Part shown: positions 41,475 to 54,590 of the stretch, in pieces
Numbering within the stretch: position 1 is the first letter of the stretch
Layout of the letters: every line of letters starts with the position of its first letter
DNA from: Phoronis australis
Lineage: Eukaryota > Animalia > Phoronida
DNA: 64,000 nt
Assembly: GCA_002633005.1 (NCBI GenBank)
Contig: NMRA01000078.1
Location: 1,004,233-1,068,232, forward strand
Direction of reading: 5' to 3'
Notes under the pieces: model-generated
Database searches by the model: none
The model's input: only the letters and a program-made list of their open reading frames with translations
What the model was told of the DNA's origin: nothing
Program-made: the position numbers and the translations under genes

Positions 41475-43262
41475 TTTTTATGCGCCCACATATTTTATAT
41501 GTGTACACATTATGCCGTCATCTCCGTCCTTTTGTCTGTCTGTCCTGTTTCTGTGCGGCGTTTGTCGGGCGTCCGGCATCCGATGCTCTATCACCAAAAC
41601 CCTTTGATATACGTTCATGAAATTTGGCACATATGTTCCTTTCATGAATGGGACGACATGAGCAAACTTTTGGACGGATCCGACTACTGGTGTGCCTCTT
41701 AGCGGCAATTTTTGTTTTTTACGCTTACCTAGTATATCTTCAAAGGACCTCTACCTATTTTCATAAAATTTGACATTTAGGCATGTATTAGTGAGATGAC
41801 GCTATCCTTTTGTTTTCGGATGGATTCGACGAAGTTTGCGCCACCTAGTGGCCATTTTCGCTGTTTTCGAATCTTATTTTTTGGCATCCACCACTCTGTC
41901 AACCAAACCTCTCTAAGGATGATTGTTAAATTTGGCATATATGTTTTTACTATGAAAAGGACGGCTGGCGATGATTTTCTGGTGATTTCGTCTACTGTGG
42001 CGCCTCCTAGTGGTAATTCTTTTTGCACCCATGGCTGTATCTCCTAAACCGTTGGCAGGATCTTTACTAAATTTACCAAGTCTATTTATATGATGTTGAC
42101 AATGGATGACGATGACTTTTGGATGCATCTGACTACCGGTGTGCCCCCTAGTGGTAGTTTAATTTTTTACGTTTACCTCTGTATCTTCAAAGGTCCTCAA
42201 CATATTGTCATAAAATGTGGCGTATCTATTAGTGAGATGACGCTTTCATCCCGTTTTTGGATGGATTTGACGTAGTTTGTGCTACCTATAGCCAGTTTTA
42301 CTGTTTTTAGTCTGTTTTTTTGGCATCCAGCCCTCTATAAACCAAACGGCTCTAACGACTATTGTGAAAATTGGCATGTATGTTCTCACTACAAAGCTGT
42401 CGATGATTTTTTGACGATTTTGACTACTGTGGTGCCTCCTAGTGGCAGTTTTGATTTTTTGCGCCCATGGCTGTATCTCCTAAGCTGTTTACAGGATCTT
42501 TGCTAAATTTTGTAAGTGTATTTATGATATGTTCACAACAGATGACAACAACTTTCGGAAGGATTTGACTTCCACTGTGTCCCCTAGTGGCAATTTTAGT
42601 TTATTAGGTTTACCTCTGTATCTTCAATGGTCCTCAACAGATTTTCAGAAAATTTGAATTTGTGCGTCTATTGATGAGATGAGGCTATCCTCCTGTTTTC
42701 GGATGGAATCAACATACGTTGCGCCACCTAGTGGCCATTATTCCTGTTTTCGAGTCTGTTTTTTGGCGTCCATCCCTTGATCAACCAAACCATTCTAAGG
42801 ATGTTTTGAAAATTTGCGTGTATGTTCTCAGTGTGAAGATGGCAGTTGACTATAACGTATTCAACTACTGTGGTGCCTCCCAGTGATAGTTTTGTTTTGT
42901 TTTGCGCCCATAGCTGCATCTCCTTAACACACTGCATGATCTTTATTAAATTTAGTAATTGTATTTATATGAAGCTAACATCAGACGACGTCTTTCAGGC
43001 CGATCCAATGAACGCTGTGCCCCATAGTGGCAATTTCATTTTTTCCGTTTGCCTTCGTTTCTCTGAAGTTCCTTGACAAATTTTTATGAAATTTGGTAAA
43101 TAGCTTTCTATTAAAAAAGCAATGCCCTTTTTTGTTTTCAGGTGGATTGGATGTTTTTGCGCCACCTAATGGCTGTTTTTATGAAACAAATAAACAACCG
43201 TAGAAGCACACCGTTTGCGGTGCATTCGTGGGCACATTTCAATGCTCACCGTTGCTCTTGTT
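41475..43262 (+). mobile_element. Complete Helentron/DINE-like (HINE) element with a ~440-bp three-subunit higher-order internal repeat
   Basis: 5' T-run plus subterminal ATGCGCCCAC (41480), inverted as GTGGGCACAT (43228). (TGTC/CGTC)-type microsatellite at 41515-41582. Repeat anchors at 41838, 42279, 42721 and 43159. 3' hairpin CACCG-TTTG-CGGTG and end CTCTTGTT. Confidence 0.85.
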
Positions 43263-45044
43263 CGTTCAGTGTGCTAAACTAGTTTTTACCTGATGCAAGC
43301 ATACAAAATTATTATTTAGGAAATGTATGTCTCTGCACTCAACCTATGTCATCGTTCCCAGACATTTTCCAACTCATCAAGTGAATTGTGCAGTGTATGT
43401 GAAGCTTTCTGCTGGTCCAGAGTGAACATTTCTACAAGAGCAATTCTTTGACATATTGGATTGGGGTGACAAATTCTAATCTTTAAATGGGTAGCGCACC
43501 ACAGGGGGGCTAGATAGGGCTATAGCCCCCCCACTTTTTTAGCGCTGCGCCACCCATGCTTAGTCCATGAATGATGTCGGGTGCTTGTATTTACATGCTG
43601 AGATAAAAATGTTGTGGGCACTGAGTAGCGAGAATTTACTTTAAACTCCATTTGTCTAGTTCTATGGACATATATACTGAAGATTTTAAAGACGTTAGAA
43701 TCGGGAAGATGTGTCTTTAATGTTTGACACTAAAGCTTGAACACCATATGCAAGCATGTTTCCAAAATTTCGTTTTAATTATGTCTGGTGTCTAGTGACC
43801 TATACCCCTATTTCTTGCCAATGGTCTGTCATTTCCATTGTTTTGATTTGATTAAAATGCTGTTCACACTTGGTGGTTCCAATAAGACCTTTAAAATGTC
43901 AAGCCTCTGCATAAAATGATGGTACAGCTATCTTTCTTCTGTCTTATAATAACATGGGCATCACAGTCTGACACAGACGCTTGTTTACTTGAAATAAATA
44001 TACAGGGTCTACCAAAAATGTTCGCTAAAATTCTAAACTAGAACCACAGGATGGTTTATTGCAGACTATTGGTGCTTTTTTATTGCAGCGATCCCAGTTA
44101 GTTTTGCGGTGTTTTGAAATATCGGTGTTGAGTAACTTCAATTTTTTTGCTAGTTTGGCACCAAACTGAACCGTTCGTACCATTCCATTGCAGATATCAA
44201 AAAGCTGATGACAGACCATGTCTGCGTAAAAAGACCTGTGTCAATTTCTGTTTTTGGAAATAATGTTCGATATGAACATAGTATGCCGTCTGTGAGAAGT
44301 CCTTGTTCTGCACAGCAATGACAGAATAAGCCGTGCCTAGGTTGAAAAATGCGCACGTGGTTTTGCTGCAATTAATGCCACCTGTGACACCTTACCTAAC
44401 GTCTGTGGTAAAAGAAACCTTGGTGTTCATGGATGGTGAAAAACACCTTCACTTCCCACTAAAGTCATTTCCCGGTATTCATATTTCTGAGTTAAGATTT
44501 TTGATACACCCTATACGTAACATTTTTGTCTTGTAGCTTAATGATTTGTCACCTGTCTCAAGTTGGCATTTTGGCTTTGTGCCAACCTTTTCAACAAGTT
44601 AATTAGCCATCAAAGGCGAATGGAACAAGTAAAAAGTGATATCCCAGGCCCTGGAGCAGCTTGCCAATTTCCGTGTCAATTACCAGAGTGTTCATTGTTC
44701 AACTGTAAAAGTTTATAAAGCATTAGAAGGACAAGTGTCAATATAATTTTGCTGTAAACTAGCAATTAGCACAACTGCAGTGAACTGCATGTGGAACAAA
44801 GCCATCTCAATGTGCGGCATTGTGGGTAAAGCATTACAGAATCTGAGTGGCGCTTTGGTATTTCGGGGTATGTCTACGGATTGGCATACGCAGCCCAGAT
44901 AATATTCAGTATGCTAAGTCTAAGTATCACTTTCAAACATGGGCCAAACAAGCACTGGCATTATTAACCGCTTCTTTTGCAAGAAACTTAGGAAATGCTT
45001 GCATGGCTACCGCTTGCCAAATGTGACCATGTAGTTTTCAAGCT

Positions 45045-45130
45045 GCCAAATGTGAAACGAACTCGCCAAATGTGAAACGAACTCGCCAAATGTGAAACGA
45101 ACTCGCCAAATGTGAAACGAACTCGCCAAA
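45045..45130. repeat. 20-bp minisatellite, 4 perfect copies plus a partial (GCCAAATGTGAAACGAACTC)
   Basis: Units at 45045, 45065, 45085, 45105 and partial at 45125. Confidence 0.95.
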
Positions 45131-45465
45131 AGGAAACCCCATGTGTGGCAGCCCCTATTGCAAAAGTTTTGTTTGTAGTATAAAAATAGTGACAAATTAT
45201 GCGTTCAATGACCAACGCATTGTGTATGAGAAAAAATGCTATCAATTTAAGCTCGGAAACCACCACAAAGTTCAAAGCAAATTACAGTTGAATTGACATC
45301 TGTCCGACTTCTTCTGGCTTGGTTTCAGCTTGCAAAAAATGGTGACATCTTTGTGATTCAAGATTTTTACCAAGTCGCCAAACAAAATCACATTGTCAAG
45401 ATACAGGTCACCAAATTGAGCCCTGATTGATGTTGTTTCATAGCCTTGCCTGTTCTTAATTACAG

Positions 45466-45520
45466 GTGACACCTCCAGGTAACATCAGTCACTGCGTTGT
45501 TTCTCAAGATTGCAAGAGAG
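45466..45520 (+). CDS. IL-17 receptor-like gene exon VTPPGNISHCVVSQDCKR(A)
   Basis: TTCTTAATTACAG| acceptor and GAG|GTAAGT donor; 55 nt, phase 0-1; joins 50913 in frame. Has a Cys pair and an NIS sequon. Confidence 0.75.
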
Positions 45521-48500
45521 GTAAGTGTACAATTCATCACGATTTTGTATCTTTTTTGACTTTACCTTAATACCGTGTGATGCAATAACACTGAAGTCCA
45601 TCTCATAGTCGCTGGGTGGAACTGGAGACCATCATCGGAGTTGTCAGTATGACTGGTTTTTGGAGGAACTTTGGCGATCATGACAAGAAAACAGAGAATT
45701 TTAGGTTTTTACGCTTTTCTACTTGTTGTTCAAAAGTAAAAAGTAACTGTGCAATTTGAAAAGTGTGTTAGATTTTCATGCTACCAATGAAAATTGTGAT
45801 AGGTTTTCATGCTAACATTACTTTTACCTGTATCTCAAAAGCGACGACCAAATTGAGACCTGTAATTGTGTTGCAGGTCCACACTGTATGTAGTGCATTT
45901 AAGTTTTCTCACCATAGAAATGGTAATTTATGGCCTGCGTTCAGAATGCGTAAGGGCTTGGTGCCCTATCACATGCATGTGCAGTGCATATTATTGAGCC
46001 AAACCTAGGCCATGACAATCTGGCAACTGCAGTGGAGGTCAGTTCTGATCGAGAGTCACATACAGATGAGCTGGTTGAAAAGTTTGGAAATCATGATTGA
46101 AGGACTAAATTCTTAGTAATTGTAGGCGACATGTTATATTTCAAATCTGGATTGTCGGTGGGCTTAAGTGACAAAATGTCGCTTAATGACTTTATTAACA
46201 AAAGAAAGAAGTTTTCAAGTTATGTTTGTCCGCCATCTTATGAGTAGAAATCTTTTGTTTTCGGTCTGAAACAGCAGTGTCGTAAGAACCAATCTCGTGG
46301 CGTTATATGTAAAGGTAAAATGGTATGTAGAATCTGAAGCTCTTTTTTTTCTTCATTATCTTGGATTTTTAGTTTACACCAAACGGACGGTGTCAACCAT
46401 AATCATAATAAAGGTTATTCAAATAATTGCCAAAAATGCCTTTTTCCCATTTTCATTTTTTCCATTTTCAAAATGTTTTCCATTTTCAAGAGCTTCTACT
46501 TACATTGCTGTGATCTCGCAATTGTTCAGAACTTTATCCAACGGCTGCTGTGGAACCAATCTTGAACAAGGAAAAGCATTTAACCATAATTATAACTATA
46601 CTGTCTGGTAAATTTGCCTTCTTGCGCTAATCGCCATGACAACCTCAGACAACTTTGTTTTCGCATTTGATTCCGGGATCAACACATATGGTGCTTTGTC
46701 ATTGAAGGCTAAATTGTGTCCCCTCTGCATATTTAATGTCTTAAATACCATTGATGGGTTTTTGTTTCTCACAAGGATGTGGTACTCCACTTCTTTTTGT
46801 GGAGTGTTTTTTTCTGTTTCCTGCATAACTGTGAATCACGTTAGGTAATGTATCCATGGCCTCGGGTTTTCACAAGATAATGCAAAAAATTAGTGCCCGA
46901 CGCATGCCAATTTCACGTAAAACTGCCTTCATGTTTATAGTGGAAATCCATGAAGTTTTGTTATTTGTTAGAAATGGCCTTGACCCACTAAAGGCTAAGT
47001 AATTCCCACTATGCATTTTTAGCTTCTTAAATGCATTAAGTGTTAAATGTTCATATTGTTCGTGAGAAAAAACGTGGTGGTCATGTTTTTTTAAAGAGTG
47101 CCTTTGCTCTCCGTGTACACTTCGGAATCACATTATACAACGAATCAATAGCCTTGGTTTGGTTTTCACAAGATATTATAAGTACTGAAGCCAGACGCAT
47201 GTGAGTTTCAGCAGAAACTAGTAGGGATCTGCAACGTAAAGTCACCCCTAACTTTTCAAAAATTTTGTTTTTAAACACACATACTTGGCTTTTTAGATTT
47301 CCCACTTTAAACGCTCTTGCGTTAACCGCAAGATTACATTGCTTGTTTAGTCGAAATAACTTTTGTCTGTAATGACGGGTAGTTAACGGTCGTCATGGTT
47401 ACGGTAAGGTGTACCAGTATTTTTTGCTTGTACCTAAACGTGTTCTGTCATTTCCATAATATGTACACATTAAAGCACACTTCATCAATGTACAATACCG
47501 AGATATGAGTAATACAGATTTTTTTGCAATCACCATATTCTGAGTCAATGTAAGTATTTGTGTTTTGAGGCGTGGTAATATTAATTAATTAAATAAGTGT
47601 GATATCACTTTCCAACGCCCAGTGAGAGCACCTGGGGTGAGATACTTTAATGACCGTAATTTTTTTTTTTGTTAGCAAGAATTGCTTTGTGAGCAAAACC
47701 ATGGGTCGGTTCTTTCTGTTCAGGGTGTTAAGTCAAGCAAAAGTGATACACAAGAGTCTTGGGGTATTTTAATGGGAGGTTCAACGAGGAGATGAAATTT
47801 TAGGCCATCTCAAAAATTTTCAATAATCTATTGAAAGATGTGGTTTTAGTGACAACTGCTGGGTTTTTGTTGTTCCAGAATCCAAAGTTAAGTTTTGCAA
47901 TGTTGAGAAGTTGCTGCTGCAGCTATGATTCATGGTAGAGGAAAATTTTTTTAGTTTTGGCGTCAAACGCCGCCAGTTGCTCAGCTTCTGTGCCGATTTC
48001 AAGGATTTTTCAACGACGCCGGTGTTGTACAAGTCAAAAGTAATAAGACTAAATACCGTTTTCTCATTGTGACGGTTAATTCAATCTGTAAATAGCAAAA
48101 ATGACTGGTAATAGCTGTTGCGGCAGCAAAAGTCTAATCACAGAATGGGTTTAAGCTGCCTTCAACTTGCCTGTTAATTCAGTCTTAGTCGTGAGAGAAA
48201 ACTGTTCTGACGTTGAATTCGGATTCCTCCCAACTGTCGTGACAGGGAATTCTGGGTCATTTTGTTCAAATACTTTTGGCTCGTACTGTATTTCAAGGTG
48301 GAGAGCATCTGAAATTACAGTCTCGGTCTATGTTGTCTGCAATGGAAATTCTCCTTGATTTGAGGCCAGGTTGAGAAGTGCTTGTTGTATAGAGCATTAG
48401 ATGGCAGAGAGACAGCTGTGTTATTTGAGTCTGCCGTGTCATTTTACGTAATGTCTATATACTGTATTCACAACTTACCTGGCGGCCATATTTAAAGCAA

Positions 48501-48642
48501 TTTCCTGTATAGGGCTTCCGGTCAGCGTCGTACAATAACATGTGTTACTGTGTGTACATTGAAACTTGCGAAATTTGCCAAGATAACGGAAAATACGCCA
48601 GAAGGTGAACAGAAAAAGTATAGAAAATTAAGCAGTGGATAA

Positions 48643-48896
48643 CATTGTGCGATGAAGGATTGCACTAACAATCGTAGGAAACTCTGGAAACTGGAGACTT
48701 GTGAATCTCACGGAGTTGTTCACGATGACTGTCCGTGCCCCCTGCTATACCAACTTCACCTGATTCCACAAGACAAAGATAAAAGGAGATTGTGGTTGTC
48801 AGCAACCAATCGAAATGATCCACCAAAATATATCTTTGTATGCTCTGAACATATTTTGGATAAACTGAGATTCCTGGAACATAAAAAACATGATTA
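48643..48896 (+). pseudogene. Decayed THAP zinc-finger coding remnant, probably from a DNA transposon, interrupted by a MITE
   Basis: HCAMKDCTN...CESH...CPC...LHLIPQDKDKRRLWLSATNR...FVCSEHI shows the THAP C2CH pattern with the conserved P, W and CSxH(F). There is an in-frame TAA just upstream and the frame is cut by the 48897 insertion. Confidence 0.75.
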
Positions 48897-50276
48897 CCGT
48901 ACTCATCCGAGTTACGCCCCATGCTCGACTTACTGCCCACCCCCGAAAATTTCAATTTTTCATAAGCGCCCATGCTCGGCTTACCGTCCACCCCCAATTT
49001 TTCATGATCGAGACTTCCGTAAAAGTATCAGTATGCTTCTGTGAAGGTTTGACGCACAAAATTAAGATTCCAAAATGTTCGCAACTCGCTTACCTTTCGC
49101 TGACAATCAATCAGTTTTAGCGGAATCGGAACCTTTGCCTTACTATGGCGGTAACATATCTGTATTCTCATGCCCTTTACTGAAGGAAACACAATTATTT
49201 CCTTTGGCTCGCGTGCGGAACTCGTGTCGGCATGTACTGATCACTGAGACAACGCTTGTCCAATGTATTTCGTTTGCAGTTTAAGAACCAGCAAAGCAGT
49301 ACCTGACACTGCTGATGTCAAGTCCGTGGACAACCTTTCTGTGATTCCCCGTGACAGTACACGAAACATAACACCACCCTGAGCATTGAAATAAGAAAAG
49401 ACATGATCCATTGTGACAAGCCAACTTGCCTTGCTTTTCCGGTCTTGGTTAAACGCATGTTTTTAATGACTTTCACTCCAGAGTGACACCAAAATGAAAG
49501 CACCCAACCAAAGGCAAGTGCCCCAAAAATCAACTTGTTATTAGCCCAAGTCGAACATTCTGTCCACGTTCTATGCGGTCAAAATTTTATTTTTTTGAAC
49601 ATTTGATTTGCCTGATGACTTATTACAAGATGTGTTTTTGCTTCATTATTTTGGCAGCTCACCGAGTACCCTTTTGCCTAATAATAGTATGGTCCGATTG
49701 TTGAGCACTGCTTTGAACAACAGCAGTGTTGCCTTTGAGCTCAAAAAGAAATATAATGTATATAAAATGTTACATTGTTCAAAGTATTCAATAAGAAGAC
49801 CTGTCAATCATCAGCAGTGCTTGGTTGCCTAAGTTCAAGCAAATCTTTACACAATCAAGTGCTTCCCTTAAAATACACCACGAACTACCGGAGTCTTGTT
49901 AGATCTGTCTTTTCTCTCAAGAAACTTGCTCTACTGAATGCATGCCTACCTGTAGGAATACCTCAGTTCTAAGAGATAACCAGCAGCGAGGTACGTAAAA
50001 ACCCAATCAGGCTCAGGATTGCGACGTCACTGTATCGTGTGCGTCAGCCGTCAAAGTCCGTTAGTTCAATCCCCCGACTTATATTTTAACTAGTATGATT
50101 GAAGTCCAACATCAGTGTAACTCCGTTTGGGTAAAATCGGTACTCCGTGCAGTAAGCAACAACTCACGACTTTTCAAAAATTTTGATTTTAACAGCCCAT
50201 GCTTGGCTTACCACCCACCCCTGTTTTTTTAGATTCCCAATTTAAGCGCCCTGGGCGGTAACACTGATGAGTACGG
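48897..50276. mobile_element. Non-autonomous Tc1/mariner (pogo-like) element, 1380 bp, TA TSD
   Basis: TA|CCGTACTCATC ... GATGAGTACGG|TA, with subterminal CCCATGCT(C/T)GGCTTAC repeats. Older relatives of the right arm lie at ~14150-14230 and ~47250-47340. Confidence 0.88.
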
Positions 50277-50912
50277 TAGTTCCCAGCCAAAACCATTCTG
50301 ATCAGTGTGTTCACATTTCAAAGTATCACTCGTGGACCCACTGTTTTCACACCTTAGAAAATATTAATGATGGTCATGATTCTAGAGTTACCAAATGAAT
50401 GGAAATTTCAGAACAGAAAGTCACATTCTAGTTCTGTGTGCTGAGCTATGAGCAATGACCGCATTTATGACTGCTATTTTTTGGTGAATTGCCAAGACAT
50501 TTGGAAAGTTAATGTGATAACATTTTGATGGTGTGGTGCTTTGCGCTATTTCATATAAATAACCAAAAAGGTTGATTAACTAGGCAAAATATTAATTGTC
50601 CAAAAGGCAAAAAACTGACTACAAAAATTAGAATCAGAAGGGGCAAGAAGGCACAAAAGCAGACGAGCTGACAACAAAACTTTGAAGAACAAAGCACAGT
50701 CATCAGGTTTAAATATCTGAATGCATTGCTTACCTTTTAAGAACTTTCATGTGAATGAGAGTTCTACTTTTCTACTACACGCGTGCTAAAGTTTTCTGCA
50801 AGGTGAAGTGTACACATCCTGTAGTATGAGTTATCTCCCCTTGTATACACTGGTAAGTTTGGTGGACCAGTACCCCTCTAGCATCATTTACTCTGTCCTT
50901 TGTTTTCTACAG

Positions 50913-51038
50913 CGGCAAGCGTGTTCCGCCGTTTGCCCAATGCCTGGGACCATGCCTCCTTGCGTGGAATCAACGGATCGAGAACTGACCGCGTCTACCG
51001 TCTCAGTTTCTCATGGTTGCCTCCAGTTCTGGGCGAAG
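50913..51038 (+). CDS. IL-17 receptor-like gene exon ASVFRRLPNAWDHASLRGINGSRTDRVYRLSFSWLPPVLGE
   Basis: TTTGTTTTCTACAG| acceptor and AAG|GTAACT donor; 126 nt, phase 1-1. LSFSWLPPVLG resembles IL17RD VTILWSPGALG (recalled from memory). The true frame differs from the ORF-track frame. Confidence 0.85.
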
Positions 51039-52600
51039 GTAACTATAACAGTCAGTGATGTGAAGTAACCTTTGAAGTGAGGCCAAAAAATAACAGAATT
51101 GTTTCTGGTCTGCATCCAACTCCTTTTGAAACCTTTGCCTCGCAACTCGCATCAGGGGACCCTGAGTGCGAAAGGGATTGTGCCACGCATTTCAGCTGAC
51201 TAAGTGATGGTGAGGACAAAAAATAAATGAAATGTCCTTACCAATTTCAAGTGGCTTTATCTGATTGGACAAATAAAAATGAGTAACTCACAAATGTTGA
51301 AAAGGGAGACCAGAGTTATGCTGTTTTCTTTGGCCTGGGAATGTTGTGGATTTTGTAAAACTTGTCTTACTCGGAACAGACTCAGGTAGAAGCATGTGCA
51401 AAAATAGTGCTCGGTACTAGCGGCATTTGTCTGATTTTTGGTTAGATTTCTGTGTCTGGCATTAGAGCTATGATTACATCCGAAACGAGGATCTGACCTC
51501 TGGGCGCTGCATCTGTAAGACGTATCCATTTTGAATGTTGTCATAGTTACAAAGCCAGGTATAGAAACTCACTTGAAAAATGCAGGATGTGTACGGTGTA
51601 CGAAAAATACTGCTTTTTACTTTCAATACTTTGGCAGAAACTTATGTACAAATGTCCACTGCTGACTTCAAAAGGGCTTTTCACACTACAGTTACCCTAG
51701 ACTAAGTTACTTTTGAAACAAGTTGTGACTGGGTTTAGTGGTACTGTGGACACTACTTTCACTGGGACAATTTAACATGCGTGTGACCACCTACCCCAGC
51801 TTATGGGTGTAAGGTAAATTGTTCTAAGGGTAATTTGCTTCAGTGCAAGTTGTGGTGTGGACACAAACCTGCTGACGAGGCGAAAGAAACTACCATCTGT
51901 GCGCTTGCTCAGTTACACCCTTAGGGATGTCTATTATTTTTTGCATCAGGTTTGTCACACAGTGTAGGGTGTATAGTAGAGAAGTTTGACTGAACAGGGT
52001 CAAGTTGCAATACGACAAGGGTAACTGACATAGTTTGGAGACGACTTACATTGAAGTCATATAGTTAGCCGGAATGATAAATATCATCCACACTGGACCG
52101 CCTTTTTATTAGAAGCAGTACACCTGGTATTGGCCAAGATGAGTGTATCGTCAGGTGTATTTATATTTTAATATGGCAAATTATTTATAAGCTGGGTATA
52201 TGAAGGTGGGTGCTCAATTTACACGTTAACCTTAGTGGAAGTGTTTTTGCGGGCTTGTGATTGTTTTGGCTACAACCAGACTGATACGAGCTTTAAAACG
52301 CACCTTCAGCCTGGGTTTAAATTGAGAAATTCAAGTCAGGGAGTGGATGAATGGAACACTTAACTTGATTCGCTGATTGACCTTTTCGCGGATGGAAGAT
52401 GATATGAAATAGCCCTGCCACAGCTGACGAAACACATTCGGTGCAATCACTAGGTGGTGGGGTGGCTGGATATCCCATAATTCTGGGCTCTATGATTTGC
52501 ATGCATGCAGTTTTCACCATTCATTGATGTGACAACTCATGACGACTTCATGCACAACCGATAAAATGAACTCTTGGATAAGTGCCAATTTCTTCTCCAG

Positions 52601-52704
52601 TCGCAGCCAAGGTGTCAGCGTTCCTGCTAACATTTCGTAATCGTCAGAGCAATTTGTCGCGATGTTACTTTGTGGAGGTCCAAGGAGAAATGACTTCTGA
52701 TCAG
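52601..52704 (+). CDS. IL-17 receptor-like gene exon (V)AAKVSAFLLTFRNRQSNLSRCYFVEVQGEMTSDQ
   Basis: TTTCTTCTCCAG| acceptor and CAG|GTACGT donor; 104 nt, phase 1-0, exactly bridging its neighbours. Absent from the ORF track. Confidence 0.85.
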
Positions 52705-54472
52705 GTACGTGATGCAGAAAAGTGGGTAACTCAAAAGTCACCCATAGGTGGCGCTTAATGGAAACAGTAGTCTTTAATTTACCTGTGTATCCATGCATTC
52801 AGGAGTTGGGCTGGCTGAGCATGTTTAAGAATTATCAAATATTGCAGTCTGATGATAATATTTTGGTATTGCTTTGATATTTTATAGATACTTCGAGTGA
52901 GATATGTGGGTGTGCTTAATACCTGAGCTTTGCAGTGTTGTTGTTGGTATTGACCTTGGTTTGTCACATGTATGGACTGGACAAACAAGACTTATATAAA
53001 CTAGTGACCAGCATATTGCAGTAATACCGCTTTGTTATGTATTCCAAGGAAGGGGGGGTCATAGGAGAAATTATGTTAATACTCATTTAGCATGCCATTT
53101 GTGGCTAACTGAGAGTAATACTTCATAGTGGTCCGAGGCAACTAATAATATCTTGCATATTGCTTTCTCCATTCATGGCAAAGAGTGGGTTTTACAGAAC
53201 TTAACCCTCTGAAATTATCAATCCAGGACTAAGTTTTTGTACAATATTATGAGCAGGTGGAAGCCTTCGCCAAAATAATATAAAACAGTCATAAAGTAGA
53301 TTTTCTGTCTTTATACAAGCATCCATATTTGGCTTTGTGCAATTTGAGCGTAGTTGCTTATAATTTTGGGGATGGATTAAGTCATGGGTGTTGTTCACAC
53401 CTAACAGGCCTTTTGAAATTGTCCTAGGAGGTCTATGGAAGCAGTTCTTTGTGAACACTGCAACTGTCTCAGTTGGATTGTGGAAGTAAACACAGATTAA
53501 CCAAGGGTTTATGGTCATGACTGATAAGATAATTGTTTTATTACTCCCCATGAATTATGAATAGCTGAGCCTGGAATGTTTAACATTCCCTAACCTAGGC
53601 TTCCTACAGATCAGGGTGTACTACCCTTTTCCTGCATGACTCTTACTTGCATTCTCATTGACAACATCCTTTCCCATGTGCGATGTTCTTTTGCTTATGG
53701 GCTGTGGGACTTTTCTCTTAAAGTGTTGTTCAGTTCTTGTGAACTTCATCTTTTTCTCATAAGCCATATTAAACGTAGCCGAACCGTATTCAGATACAGT
53801 CTAAGTCAATGTTCTTCGACTCAAACATTGTATGGAATATGTGATCTCTCAGATATCTCAATAGAAAAGTTAATGTTAGGATGATTTTAGAACTGTCACT
53901 GGTAGATAATTGGTGATTCGTGACGAATGACAAAGGGCACGGGGAGACTTAGAATGTAGTAGTTGATATCTGAGCTAAGTTCAATTTATAAACAGCTGCC
54001 ATTTGATGTTGAAACAAAATTGTAATGTCTTATCCGTGCTACTAATGGCAAAGATTAATCCACAAAATGGTGTTTGTCATAGTTCAAGTTTTGGCTCGTA
54101 ACTCTTGTCGTGCTCGTGTCTGCACATCTGTCAAGTGCGGTCTTCCGGAATGTTATCTAACACCCTTTAACTACAGGGGATTCAGTCAGCCCAGAATCGT
54201 GGAAGAAGTACCACAAAGTGCTATATATTTTGTTGAAAAACATCTTTCAAAGTGTGGATTACGAGAAGAGCACTGATTTCGTAGAAATTCTATTGGAGTT
54301 TTCAATAAAAGCACTGTACAGATTGTGAGAAAAGAATTTCTGATATAATGTGAATGCATATGCAAGCAATGAGGGAGAGAAATGGCTTTACCTACAGATG
54401 TCGCCACTGTGCAAAGTGGCCAAATCTATGCACAGACTGACGTTTGACTCACATTTCCTTCTTTCGTTCCAG

Positions 54473-54590
54473 ATATTCTCCTCCAACTGTTTTCCAGTTG
54501 AAAAACAGAGCAAGCACATTCTTGACCTCACTATCTTACCGCAAGGGACGACCACACGCTACTACGCCACCGTACCGGACAATATTGATG
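54473..54590 (+). CDS. IL-17 receptor-like gene exon IFSSNCFPVEKQSKHILDLTILPQGTTTRYYATVPDNID(E)
   Basis: TTCCTTCTTTCGTTCCAG| acceptor and ATG|GTAATT donor; 118 nt, phase 0-1. Shows the F..C......l.l..LP pattern of the IL-17R N-terminal FN3-like domain. Confidence 0.88.

Noticed and set aside
50808-51068. ORF-track frame RQACSAVCPMPG...
   Set aside because: An overlapping alternative frame of the real exon; only the phase 1-1 frame chains with the neighbouring exons and shows the FN3-like motif.
52514-52798. Minus-strand 94-aa ORF
   Set aside because: Antisense shadow of the + strand exon 52601-52704.
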